Part shown: positions 13,344 through 24,631 of the stretch, piece after piece
Layout: each line of letters begins with the position of its first letter
Position numbering within the stretch: the stretch's first letter is position 1
NCBI GenBank assembly: GCA_905178155.1
Contig: CAJINV010000006.1
Location: forward strand, 3,568,169-3,632,168
Length of the DNA stretch: 64,000 bases
Source: Amoebophrya sp. A120
Lineage: Eukaryota > Protista > Dinoflagellata
Direction: 5' to 3'
Notes under the pieces: generated by a model
Database searches by the model: none
What the model was told of the DNA's origin: nothing
Seen by the model: the letters and a program-made list of their open reading frames with translations, nothing else
Made by a program: the position numbers and the translations under genes

Positions 13344-15434
13344 CTATGCAGACGGCAACGAAATCGATTTCAAAATGGTCAATTCATCCTTCGTCAAAAC
13401 TAGTGTATGGTCCACACAATGACTGAAAAACTGCCCCAGAGCCGGCTTGAAGAAAAGCGTTTTGTTTTTCGTCGAATCTTCTTCCTCATTGTTGTCATGC
13501 TGAAAGAGATGTTGAGAGTTGTGCTGCACGTCGCCCTTCCCTCCTGTAGCTGCAATTATGTCCTGTTGGCCTTGTCTCTGCACAATAGCCTGTTTCATCA
13601 TTTTCGGTTCAATTTCGATTCTTCGTTTCTTCACCTCAGGTGACGGTGGTTTCTGGTGCTGGTGGGCAGGAGCAATCTGCTGTACTTCATCCTCTCCACG
13701 GCGCTGATCGCTTTCCACCACGAACGGATCCGCCCCAGAAGCAACCGGAGCGGGTTCGTTAAACTGTATTTTGTTGAGTGCAGCCACAGCCTGGCTCAGT
13801 ATTTGTTCCTCCTCCTCCTCCTCGTCGTCAAACAAATCGCTGTCAAACACCTGGTCCATCAAACTGTTCATCTTCGCCAATTCCACCGCCTCTTTTTCCT
13901 GCTTGTTCGTCGGCTTAAAACGGATAAAATCGGCTTTGCTTGTAGTCGTCCCGGAAGATTTGGCGCCGTCCACCAGTGATGCTGCTCCAGCATCACAAGT
14001 TCCTCCGGAAGATGATGAATCCATACTAGAAGTGGCACCCCCACCATGCATCCGATACCCCCGCCAGAGCGTATCGTCTCCATAGGGCAAGACAAAGCTC
14101 CTCGTTAGGTGGTTCACGAGGATATATCAACTGTAAAAGTGTCTGGGTCTGGAAGATTCTGACACTTGTCATGCACGTTTTGTATGAGCCATGATGTCTG
14201 TGATGCATACCCGCCTAGCAATGCAGATTTTTTGAGGGCTTCTTGATGCCTATTCCGCATGACAAACGCCTTCTCAGCCGCGTAGTACTGCATTCCCTTT
14301 GGTACTCATGCAATACAGATTTTTTTGGAATCCAAATGCAGCATCACAAGTTGCATTCTTCCAGGCCCACACATTTTTGCACTTGGTAGGATACTCGTTT
14401 TCGCAACTTGCCGGATTTTTTGCATGGTTTTGAAAATTTTTTTGTTCAGGTTCAAACGGTCGGCGATTTGTGATTGCTTGTTGTCGTGAAATATCCTGTG
14501 CAGAAGTATCGCACTCGTATTGCAATCATGCATTTACAATTTTTTTTCTTAAGGTGAATCCGCATTACAAATTTTATTTCTCATGCTGAGGAAATTTGTA
14601 ATGCATTTATACGACTACGATACTTTTGCACTGTATATGAAATCCGGTAGTTTTCGTTGGGTCGATTGCACTCCGGATCAGAAACGCGATGGAGTCGACG
14701 ATGAGAAGGTCAAATTTGTTCGATTTTATTGTATGATCGGTTTGATTTTTGACGCATTGTTCGGTAATTTTCCCGTCCAAGAATTTGGAAAATTCCTCTA
14801 GATCGTAGACTCGTTCGAATTCGAACTCAAAAGGCGCAGCGGAAATTGTGATGGCGCAACCTGTCGTCCTGCCGGGGAAGAATTCCGTCCCGGAGGCCGA
14901 AAGGTGTTCTTGGAAAACGTCCTGCAATTCCAATGGATATCTCCCCTCCGGATCCAACATCCTACCGCCCTGCGTGTCCACGTAGCAGATGCGGAAAGTG
15001 GGACGTCGACGAGGATTTCTGAGTTCTTTGTCATGCTGTTTTCCAAGAGCCAGAGCAGCGACCGAGTGGTCTTCAGCTTCACAGCGTGCCAGCAAGTTCC
15101 CGCGGACGACGTTGTGCAACAAAAACTCGGAGATTTTCACGTTCGGCAGCCCGACGAGTTGCCAAATACCGGGGGTGAAGCCTTGGTTGTCCAAGTAGGC
15201 GTCGATGGCCGGGACGCCGGAGGTTATGAAGGATAAGGAATCCGAGCCTTCCTTGATGTGCTGGAAGGGGGCGGAGTAAGAAGAAGAAGATGCGGAGGAC
15301 GGTTGTCCACCTTCTGAACCGTAATTGGTTTGCTGGTGCTGCGAAATCTTCTTGTCGTTCCACGTTTCATTGGAGCTTTCGCCGTCCGAAACATCTTCAG
15401 CAGCAGACGGAATGGAACTTAGAAAGGCGTCCAT
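13344..15434 (-). CDS. RAD51 paralog (RAD51D-like RecA fold) with degenerate Walker A
   Basis: Three exons split by two introners. Motifs ITSGVPAIDAYL..GF.PGI.QLVG, ICYVDT, Walker B LLIVDS, SILVNHLT (formed across a splice junction), KPALG.FFSHCVDHTLVL. Confidence 0.8.
14125..14388. mobile_element. Introner family A
   Basis: TIR GTGTCTGGGTCTGGAAG; perfect DR GGATA; join SIL-VNH. Confidence 0.92.
14492..14637. mobile_element. Introner family B
   Basis: TATCCTGTGCAGAAGTATCGCACTCGTAT...ATACGACTACGATACTTTTGCACTGTATA; perfect DR TGAAA. Confidence 0.92.
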
Positions 15435-15837
15435 CTTGATGTTATCTTGATCTTCCCTTTCGTGCTCTCAAACACTTGCAGATGAGTTAACTCATGCACA
15501 CAATCTTTATCTTGCTGTTGCTGCACATGATGTCAAATTCAATTCTATCCAGTAGTTGCACTCGAAGCAAAGACGCACTCGCAACAGTAGCAGCAAAAAT
15601 CAGAAGCACACGAGGAGCGCCAGTATTCGCATGAGAACAGCAGTTACTTGCACTCATACGGCAGTGTGCTGTTTCCTTTTCAGCATCAGCGGTCTCTCCT
15701 GCTCATTGCTTCCCAAAGTTTTTTCTCCTTACATTTTGGCTGTCCTACTTAGCCCTAATCGTTGGTCCTGAAAGCTCGGTGACAATAGCGTCTGCCCGGC
15801 ACCATCGCAGTCATTGTAACTTCAAAATTTGCATTCG

Positions 15838-18800
15838 TCAGAACGAAATCAACCGCAACAGCATCTTCCTGTCTTCTTCCTCCGTCGGCGGCGAATAAGC
15901 CTTCCTTTGCAACATCTTTCCCTTCGGCTTATTACCAGCAGTGGACGAAGAAATTGTCGATGACACAAGGTCGAAAATGCGGTTTGAGGTGCCTGCATTC
16001 GCAGTCGCGTTGGCCGACGTCGGAGTTGAGTTGTAGCTGGTTTCGTATTGCTGCTTTTTCTGCTGCTCGTCAGACACGGTTCCATCGGTTTGGTCTTTCG
16101 ATCCGCCATCAGTACCACCAGCACCACCTGCTCCCGTGGGGCTCTTGTTTCCGTTCGTCTTTTTGAAAATCCTTTCGTAAAAGGAAGAAATTTTCGCGGA
16201 AGAAACTGCAGCAGCGGTGGCGGAGGCTGCTGTGGAGATTTCTGCATTAGCATTATCTCCTTGAGCAGCTGCAGTAGCTCCACCAGTTGCAGCTGTTTTG
16301 CTGCCCTGCGCGCCGGTACTGTCCTCCAAAAGACTGTCGAGAGACACATTCACAATTCGCGAAGCCGGCTCGAACTTCAAGTCAGACACATTCAGCGCGG
16401 GGGCCGCGGGGGGAGGGGGTGGTGGAGTACTCCCTTTTGACGGTATTACTGCTGCATCCGTGCTCTTCGGCGATGTTGTAGTGGTCGCGTTCCCGTTTAG
16501 TAGAGCTTCGACGATATTACCAGCACTTCCACTTTTCTGTTCCGCGGACACTGCAGCGTCAACTACCGGAGCGCCGCCACTAGACCCAGGGGCAACACCA
16601 GCTGCTTCCTTGCTCGTGGTCTTGCTACCCGGACCAGGACCGATGCCACCCGGGACGAGGTTGTTCTGGACTCCACTAGCAGTGCCTGCTCCTGCAGTGG
16701 TAGTCGCAATAGTATTCGCCACGCCGGCAAGAAAACCGCCGACAGACTCGTAAACATCGGTGACTTTGAGTTTCGCTGCACCGGCCATTTTCTCCTCGCC
16801 CTCCGAACTCGCTGTGGTGCTGCTGGCAGCTGCGGGCGGAGGAGGCTTGTGCGGTGACAACATTTGGCTGAAGAGACCACCCGAGGAACCTGTGCTGCCA
16901 CTTTTAGGTGAAGATGTAGATGTAGATCCAGAACCACCAGAACCTCCAGGTCCTGTCAACCCAGGAGAACTCGTCAGCAAACTTTCACTCAGCACTTTCT
17001 GCTGGTGTTATCAAATGCAAAAGTGTCTGGGTCTGGAAGAGTGCGCGACTTGTCATGCTGCTTTTCCATGACCCATGAGGTCTGGAATGCAGGACCTAGC
17101 ATGAAAGATTCTGCGGAACATTTCTCATGCCTATCCTGCATGAGAAACTCCCTCCCGACTTGGTCAAAACTGGACGACTTTTGGAAATCATGCAACACAA
17201 ATTTTGCATGCTGCAGATTTAGCATGACAAGTTCCAATCTTCCAGACCCACACACTTTTACATTTGCTAGGTGCTTCCGCAACGCAATCCTGGTCAATTC
17301 CCCGGTCAACGGGTCGAAGATCTCCGCCGGCAGAGGGTCGCCCGCGATGAAAAATTCTGTTTCGGACGTGAGATACCCCTGGTCCAGACGCTCGCGCATG
17401 ACAGATTTAGTACTGAACTGGTGGGCTTTGTCAGAAGAATTCTGTTGTTGTGTGGAAGTTGAAGTCCCACCGCTGCTTTCCATATTGACGCACACGTACT
17501 CGATCACGTTATTTTCTTGTGTTGCTTCATCTTCCGCAATAGACCTTTCTCCAGTCGGGAAAAGGGTAGTTGAAATAAACCTGTGACCGAATCTCACCAC
17601 CTGTTGCTCTTCCCGACATTTTTTCAAAGCGGGAGCGATAGAAGGAAGCCGCTCATTAATTGGCACGTTCACATCGATGGGCAGGAGCTGAATTCTCCCA
17701 ATGTTCTGCATACTTGGCGGTGGAGGTGCTGGGGCTGGCACAGTGGTGGAACCTGTAGTTTTCTCTCCGTTTACAAAATCAAGCACTGTAGTCGCAACAC
17801 CAGAAGTTGCGGCTGCTACTCCAACTCCTCCGGTACTAGTTGTACCTGTTGTAGTGGCAATTGCTGTAGTACTGCCAACTATAACATCATCGTTACCACC
17901 ACCACTCCTCGCCGCAACCGTCGTGGAAACTGTAGTTATCACGTTCGTGCCCGTTTGCTTCAAAAAATTTCCGACGAAGGAGACGTTGGTGTTCATGGTT
18001 TCAAATTGTTTCAGCATCTTGTTCTTGATCGTCTTTTGCTGCTCCTCCTCCTGTTCTTTCAGCTTCTTCTCCTCAATAATCATCTCCGACCGCGCCCGCC
18101 ACTCCGCGTACGATTGAGGAACGTTTACGTTGGTGTCGGCTGTGGACGATGTGGTGTCTCCTGCTTGCTCTTTCATTTCGGATGCTGTACCTCCTGTGGC
18201 AGCCGAAAAAAGGTCGGCTTGAAGACCGACAGCACCGCCGGTGGCTACAGCCGGTGGCGCAGCTGTACTAGTCAACGGTTCTGTTTGCCTCTGCGCTGTT
18301 GACGGCACCGGCACTGCAGCCCCTACCACTGCCGCGAACCCTGACGTGACAGAAGTTTGGTCCAACAGCGAATCGAGTAACAGTGCCGTCGGACTTTCGG
18401 CTTCGAGAAGATCTTTATTACGACTACCCGCTGCAGGAGTAGTTGTACTTGTAGCTTGGTGTGGAGGTGGCGAAGTAGAGGTACCTCCTGTCGTTGTAGT
18501 GCTGGAAGTTGCTGCACCTTCGTCAGCACCAGCACCCGCAGCCAGCAAATTCAACAAGTCAATACTCGCCCGGCGGTTCTCTTCGGTAGATGTAGTGCTG
18601 GTTCCGGCGCTTGAAAAAGATTGGTTTTGCGCATTAGTTGGCTCATTCGACACTACAGCTCCTGCAGCCCCCGCTGTAGAATTCCCCGCACTCGAGACTT
18701 ATGAATTGCACAAGTGTCCTCTGGGTCTGGAAGATTCCAACTTGTCATGGTAAAAAATCTGAAGCATGCGAAAATCTGTGTTGCATGAGTGCCAAGAGCT

Positions 18801-19566
18801 GTACACTTTTGACCAAGTTAGTAGTTGGAGGGGAGTTTCTCATACCAGGAGAGGCATGATAGGGATCTCACAGAATGTCTGTCATGCTAAGTCCCGCATT
18901 CCAGACCTCATGGGTCATGGAAAATCTACATGACAAGTCTACACTTTTCCAGACCCAGACATTTTTACATTTGATAGGACTGGGGGAGTTGGGCTGTCGA
19001 AGAGAGACAGTAGGTCAACAGAGTTAGAAGAACCAGGTGCACCTCCACCTATCGTGGCCGGATTGCCGGGCGTATTGAGATAATTGACCGGAGATGAAGT
19101 TGTGGCCCCCTTAGAAGCACAAGCATCAATTTTCTCCCGAAACTGGGTATACAGCACCCCGAGCTCCGTCATCTCATCCAGGCCTTTTTTCCCTTTGTTG
19201 GCCCGGATCAAGTCTTCCAGCATCCCAACCCAAGCTTGCTCAAAGCCGGAGAATGACTCGTTATGAATTGCAAAAGCATCGTACTAGTATGAATTCTTGC
19301 ATTACAGATTTCCTCAGCATGATAGATGGAACGCTTGCATTACAGATTTCCTCAGCATGTAATGCATGACTGCGATAATTGCTACGAGTACGATACTTTT
19401 GCAATGCATACATGTTATTGTTTTGCAATTCCAAACCGTAATACACAAGCACTTTCTCGATTCGCAAGTCGGACCGGCACCAGGACCGCAGCTGGGGTAA
19501 ATCTGCGTTTTGGAGTTGCGTCTCATCGCAACAGAGAATTTCCGTGGAGAGCTCTTCAACGTCCAT
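15838..19566 (-). CDS. Hypothetical Ser/Thr/Gly/Ala-rich protein (4 exons)
   Basis: Start MDVEELSTEIL at 19566; in-frame joins across elements 19262-19410, 18700-18976 and 17009-17269; no domain recognised. Confidence 0.75.
17009..17269. mobile_element. Introner family A
   Basis: ~30-bp TIR; DR GGTGT/GGTGC; join RKH-QQKVL. Confidence 0.9.
18700..18976. mobile_element. Introner family A
   Basis: TIR CTGGGTCTGGAA; DR AGACT/GGACT; in-frame join. Confidence 0.88.
19262..19410. mobile_element. Introner family B
   Basis: TATGAATTGCAAAAGCATCGTACT...AGTACGATACTTTTGCAATGCATA; DR CTCGT/CATGT; in-frame join. Confidence 0.85.
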
Positions 19567-19697
19567 TTTTATTTGGGGCAGGAGGTAGGATTTTGGGTTT
19601 ATTTTGAGAAATGGAAAGAGATAGAGAAGCAGTTGATGTGTCAGAACTTCTTCTTGTTCAGTTGGACGATATGAAGATCGCGCCCGGAGGGCGATAT

Positions 19698-20962
19698 TGG
19701 TAACCAAATGCGTGCGCGAAAATCTAACCAGCGCGAAAGCCAAACCAGCCGCGCGGCTGCCACCACCATTTCTTTTTTTTAATTAGAATCCCACTTCTTC
19801 TTCTTGAACCGCGGGCCGCAGTTTGCGGTCGCGGCCCCGTTCTCCTTGATTCGCGGGCCGCGACATGCGGTCGCGGCCCTAAAGGGCCGCGGACAACTAC
19901 TGTCGCCCGCGGCGGCCCGCAGGCTCCTGCGATAAGCATTGCAGGCGAAATTCGGTCTGCTATTTCGCAGCGGGGCATCCTTTCCAGCCCCCTGCATGAC
20001 AAACTGGCCCCCTGGCCAGGAAGGTATGTGCCCGGGGGGGCGAGCCCCCCCCGGACCCCCCCCCATCCACCTTCGCCGCGGGGCATCCTTTCTAGCCCCC
20101 TGCATGACAAACTGGCCCCCTCGCCAGGAAGGTATGTGAAAAACCGCAAAGCAAAGAACCCGGGCTGGGCCACCAAAGTCGGCCATTTCAGACCCGGGGA
20201 AGATGCCGAATTTCTGCCCACAACCCAGGGCAAGTGCGGACTTTGTGACATACCCCCGCCCGCTTCTAGTGCGGTTTTCTTTTCCCAATCGCGATGGTAC
20301 GGCGCAGGCGCGCGCCCGCCGGACCGCCCTTGGTGGCCAGTTTCTAAGCCTGCCGAGGGTTCTCGACTTTTGCTAATTCTTCCTTATTTTTCAAGCTTTT
20401 AGGTGGCCGAAGGGCTCTGCACATTTTCACCGCCCGCATCTAACTGGCAGTTTTGAAGCCTGCGGAGGGATTGCGCTTTTGCGCAATTTCTCATCTTTTT
20501 TCATTTTCCAAGTGGCCCGGGTGATCTGCACAAAATCCGACGATTGCTTCCGCCCACGTTATGAAGCAACTTTTTGCCATTTTTTTCCAACTTTTTCCAG
20601 TTACGAAGCGGCCCAAGGCTTCCGAACAGGTCGCGGGCCTGCTTCTCCAACGCAGCTGGCCAGCGGGCGGAGCAAATAGCAGTCCGTCTCTTTTTCAGAT
20701 ATCAAGTGGGCCAAACCGCAAAAATGCTCTTTTTTCACCTTCTCCCGCTTGGTTTCTGCCGTTTTTGCGACATTTTTGACCTCCTGGCCATTTTCCCATC
20801 TGCTCCGCTTTTTTTCCCTTCTCCCGCTTCATTTCTGGCCATTTCCCTGACCTTCACGCCTCCCGGCGGTTGCCCTATATGGTAACGGCAACTGCCTTCG
20901 CGCTGCGTTTGCTAAGCAATATCGCAAGCGCGCAGAGCGCGCGCGCACGCATTTGGTTACCA
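19698..20962. mobile_element. Non-autonomous ~1.27-kb TIR element, intergenic, GC-rich
   Basis: 21-bp TIR TGGTAACCAAATGCGTGCGCG at both ends; internal ~60-bp direct repeat (19971-20030, 20079-20138); second copy end at 1-38; no credible ORF. Confidence 0.8.
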
Positions 20963-21862
20963 GATTACAGAAGAACCACTGCTCGCCAACTTCCAAACCA
21001 GCAAGCTGCAGCTAGATCATGTTCTTCATCTTCATGTGCTAATGCTAAGTGTTCATGTTGCGGTTGCGAATCAACTTTACACGGAAGACCAAAGTTGTAG
21101 AGAATGTAGAGGCCGCGGAGGAGCTATCCCGTCCCTAGTTGTACCAAGATCATCGTCTGTGTTTGTACAGCCAAAGGCGATCAGTACGCAAGATGAGCGA
21201 GATTTTTCGTACGTTTTTCATTTGACAAGACACTTGCTCTGTTACTGTTCATGCTGTTTTATGCCAAACAGCATTACAAATCGAGCGGGTCTTTCGGGCA
21301 AGAGCAGGAAGGACGCGGAAATGATCAATCTTGCTGCGCTTGATGCGTGTGCGTGCCTTCTACATACAAGAACAATTGCAGTACAACACAACAAACTGAT
21401 ATCTTTGCTGTGCGAAGCTTCGGCAGCAACATTGCGCCATCGCAAGTGGCGAGTGAACAGATTGTGTGTAAAATGTGCGCAGACGAGAAGATTCCTCACG
21501 ATTTCCATGAGTCATGTTCTTTCATCATGAACAGATTGAAATACTGGCACTTTTGATTTTTCGTTAATGCTGAGATTGTCAAATGGCACAATAATCTACG
21601 GTCGACGTTGATAATCATCTTGCTCAAACAAGTTCAAGTTGGGTATTGGTACTGCAAAAATGAAATATATCTTCTAGTACTACTCTGGGTTGTGGGTATA
21701 GGATTTAGGAAAAAAATGTTTATCTTCTTGGCCGCGGGAAAGAGAAATAGTTCGTGCTTCTTATCTGCCAGAAGGTTCAAAAAATGGGGCCGACATAATG
21801 CCCGTCCTCAATCAATGGAGTAAATGAAGGCTCTACTCCTGTCTCGAGGACCTGCGCTTTGT

Positions 21863-24427
21863 TTATTTCTTCCCCCCGCTGGTACCACCGCTAGGCCGCT
21901 CCTTCGAAAAACCAGCAGGATCGTCACCTCCACCAGCGGCGACTTCGTCCTTACTAATTTGCCGCAGCTGCGCCGCCGCTGCCAGGACGACGCCCGAATA
22001 ATGAGTGGACGAGGCAGATCGAGCTGAGGCTGCCCCTGAGAACCGCGTTGCGGTGCCTATGCCTCCTGGGTGATCCTGCTGAAGATGAGAACCGTGTTGA
22101 TGGTGGTGATGCACTTCAGCCACCGAGCCGCCGGCGTAGGTAGAGCTGCTGCCGAACTCGATGTCGTGCGTATTCGGCCCCCCAACAGCCGCACTGCCGA
22201 GAGGCTTAGTCCTCGGTTTGTTCTCTTTTTTCTGGGTCGAAGAAGGCAATAGAAACTCGCTAGACCCCCGTCGCTGCGAGCTTCTCCTTTCCGTGCGTGG
22301 CGTCACAGCGGGGCTGCGTTTTTTCGTCGGCGTAGTTCCGATGGTTGGGCTATCCACTGCAAAAGTATCGCACTCGTATGAATTGCAGGTATGTATGACA
22401 AATCTGGTTTCCTACCCAAATCTGCATTACAAATTCCAATTTTCTACCACCTGATAAAATTTGTCATGCGATTTATACTAGTACAATGCTTTTGCAATGC
22501 ATATGGACTGCCCCCCGGCGGGCTCCCCCCGCCAGGACTGCCTCTATTCATTTTCCGCGGAGTGTTATTTCCGCCCGTTATGCATTGCAAATATGTCTGG
22601 GTCTGGAAAATTGGAACTTGTAATGCGGGTCTTGCATTCCTGTGAGATCTGTATTGCATGACCCACAAAACTCGTAGCCTCTGTTGTCATACAAAAACGC
22701 AGTTTCTCATGCGGAGCGCGTATGAGGAAGCGTTCTGCAAACTTGTAATGCTTTCCTGCATGAGGGAGCGCTTTCGTCATGCGCATTTTAGCATCACAAA
22801 TTTCCAGACCCAGACATTTTTGCAATTGATACCCGTCCCCGTTGGGCTACTTCCGGTCGGGCTGCTTCCGCTTCCCGAACTAGCCTTTATGGCGCTCTCA
22901 AGCGTTACATTCTCAACTGTTCTTACATGAATTTGTCATGCAAAAGCACCTTAAGGCGGCAGATGATCGAGCTGCTTCGCATGACAAATTTCGGGAGGGC
23001 TAGACAGCTTCTAAATCTGCGCCAAACTTGTAATGCAAAAGGCGCAATCTTCCTCCTTCCAATTTTGCCAGTCTTGCATTACAAATCCATGTAACAGTTG
23101 AGAATGTAACATTTGAGAACTCCATAGCCTTATTCGCCGGGGTGTTGCCTCCAGTCGGACTCCCAGTTGGGCTGCCACCCCCTGGGCTGCCCTTGTTCCT
23201 GGGTGTGTTCCCTCCCGTGGGACTCCCAGTTGGGCTACCACTGCCCTTCGGACTTCCCTTAGCTTTTGGAGTGTTGCCTCCCGTCGGACTACCAGTTGGG
23301 CTACCACTGCCGGCTGGACTTCCCTTAGCTTTTGGAGTGTTGCCTCCCGTGGGACTACCGGTAGTTGGGCTACCACTGCCCTTCGGACTTCCCTTCTGTT
23401 TCACAGGAGTGTTCCCCCCCGTCGGACTGCCGCTTGGGCTGGCTTTCTTCACCGGAGCGTCCGTGTCCTTCCGAGGAGAGCCCCGGGCTGCACTCTGCAT
23501 GCTGCTTCCACCAGCAGCAGCAGTCCCGCTACTTGCCGTCTTGTTCTTCCCGACTAAAGAACTTCCGTGTAGCTGATGATCAGCGCTTGCATGCTGCAGC
23601 TGGTGCGGCACTGAAAACCGGTCGTCTGTCTTCAAAACGGCTCGCTCTGTGTTGCTACCGGCAGTACTTCCTGCAGCCGCGCCGACGTGCAACTTGCTCA
23701 GGTAGCTGTCCAATTTGTGGCTGTACCTGCCGAACGACTGCATTTGCGAAAAATCCACCAGCGCTGCGCCGTCACTGCTTGTCTTGCTCGCCACAGTGGT
23801 GCCGGTGCCGTTTCTAAAAGTAGCATTTGGATTTTCAGTGCCTTTGGTCGTGCTCATATTACCACCATCTTTGCTTGATGTTCCGGTGCCGACCAGCGGG
23901 GGCAACATCAGCGTCGAGTTAGTATTCGACATTTGCTGCCTGTCACTGCTCTTCAGCCCGTTCGAATCATCCGAACTCCGCTTAGACTGAAGGAATTCCC
24001 CCGTTCTGGGCTGATTCAACAGAAGATCATCAGAGCCCTGGCTTCTCCCGTTCTTGGTGCTGGCAGCGCCGGGAAAGCCTCCGGGAGCAAGTTGCTGTCG
24101 CTGCTTGTACTCTTCGTGCTCGAAAACGTTGGTAAAACTCCGCTGCTGCAGATGGTGGTCCCGAGCCGCGGCGACGCCACCTCGGGATGAAGGTGCCCCG
24201 TCTGCTGCATCCTCTGCACTGTCACGAAGATACGAGGCCCAACTGTTCGGATCCGGCGCTGCGCAGTAAACCAAGACCAGCACCGTGTTGAGACCGAGTA
24301 AGATGGCGAGGAGGACGACGGCGATACAGCAACAATTCTGAAATTTCTCTTCATCAGAAGAGGTCGTCGTGGGGTATGCAAGTGACAAAAATATTCTGAC
24401 TAGGGTGGTCCTCAATTGGGGCTGCAA
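21863..24427 (-). CDS. Membrane-anchored low-complexity protein with GSPTGGNTP repeats (5' end uncertain)
   Basis: Hydrophobic CCCIAVVLLAILLGLNTVLVLVYC; GSP/GGNTP repeats continue across exons separated by three introners; upstream TTTTTGCAG acceptor suggests a missing first exon. Confidence 0.72.
22351..22503. mobile_element. Introner family B
   Basis: TIR TGCAAAAGTATCG; DR TGGGC/TGGAC. Confidence 0.88.
22579..22831. mobile_element. Introner family A
   Basis: TIR ATGTCTGGGTCTGGAAA; perfect DR CCCGT. Confidence 0.92.
22888..23126. mobile_element. Introner family D
   Basis: TATGGCGCTCTCAAGCGTTACATTCTCAACTGTT...AACAGTTGAGAATGTAACATTTGAGAACTCCATA; perfect DR GCCTT. Confidence 0.92.
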
Positions 24428-24631
24428 AAATCAAAATCCCGGATGTCTAAGCTCAGTTCTGGGAATAAATCACATAAGCAACAGTAGCAGCCAGCACGAG
24501 ACGGGCATGATTTCCACTTCCCTTTCTTTATATGATTCGTGACGCGAAGACGACCTCGAACCTACACAGCCAGCTTCGTCAAGTATCTCACGAAATGGTC
24601 CAGATGATAAATGCAACAGCTTATGAGTTCT

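Noticed and set aside
15954-18753. Plus-strand ORFs
   Set aside because: Antisense shadows of the minus-strand low-complexity gene.
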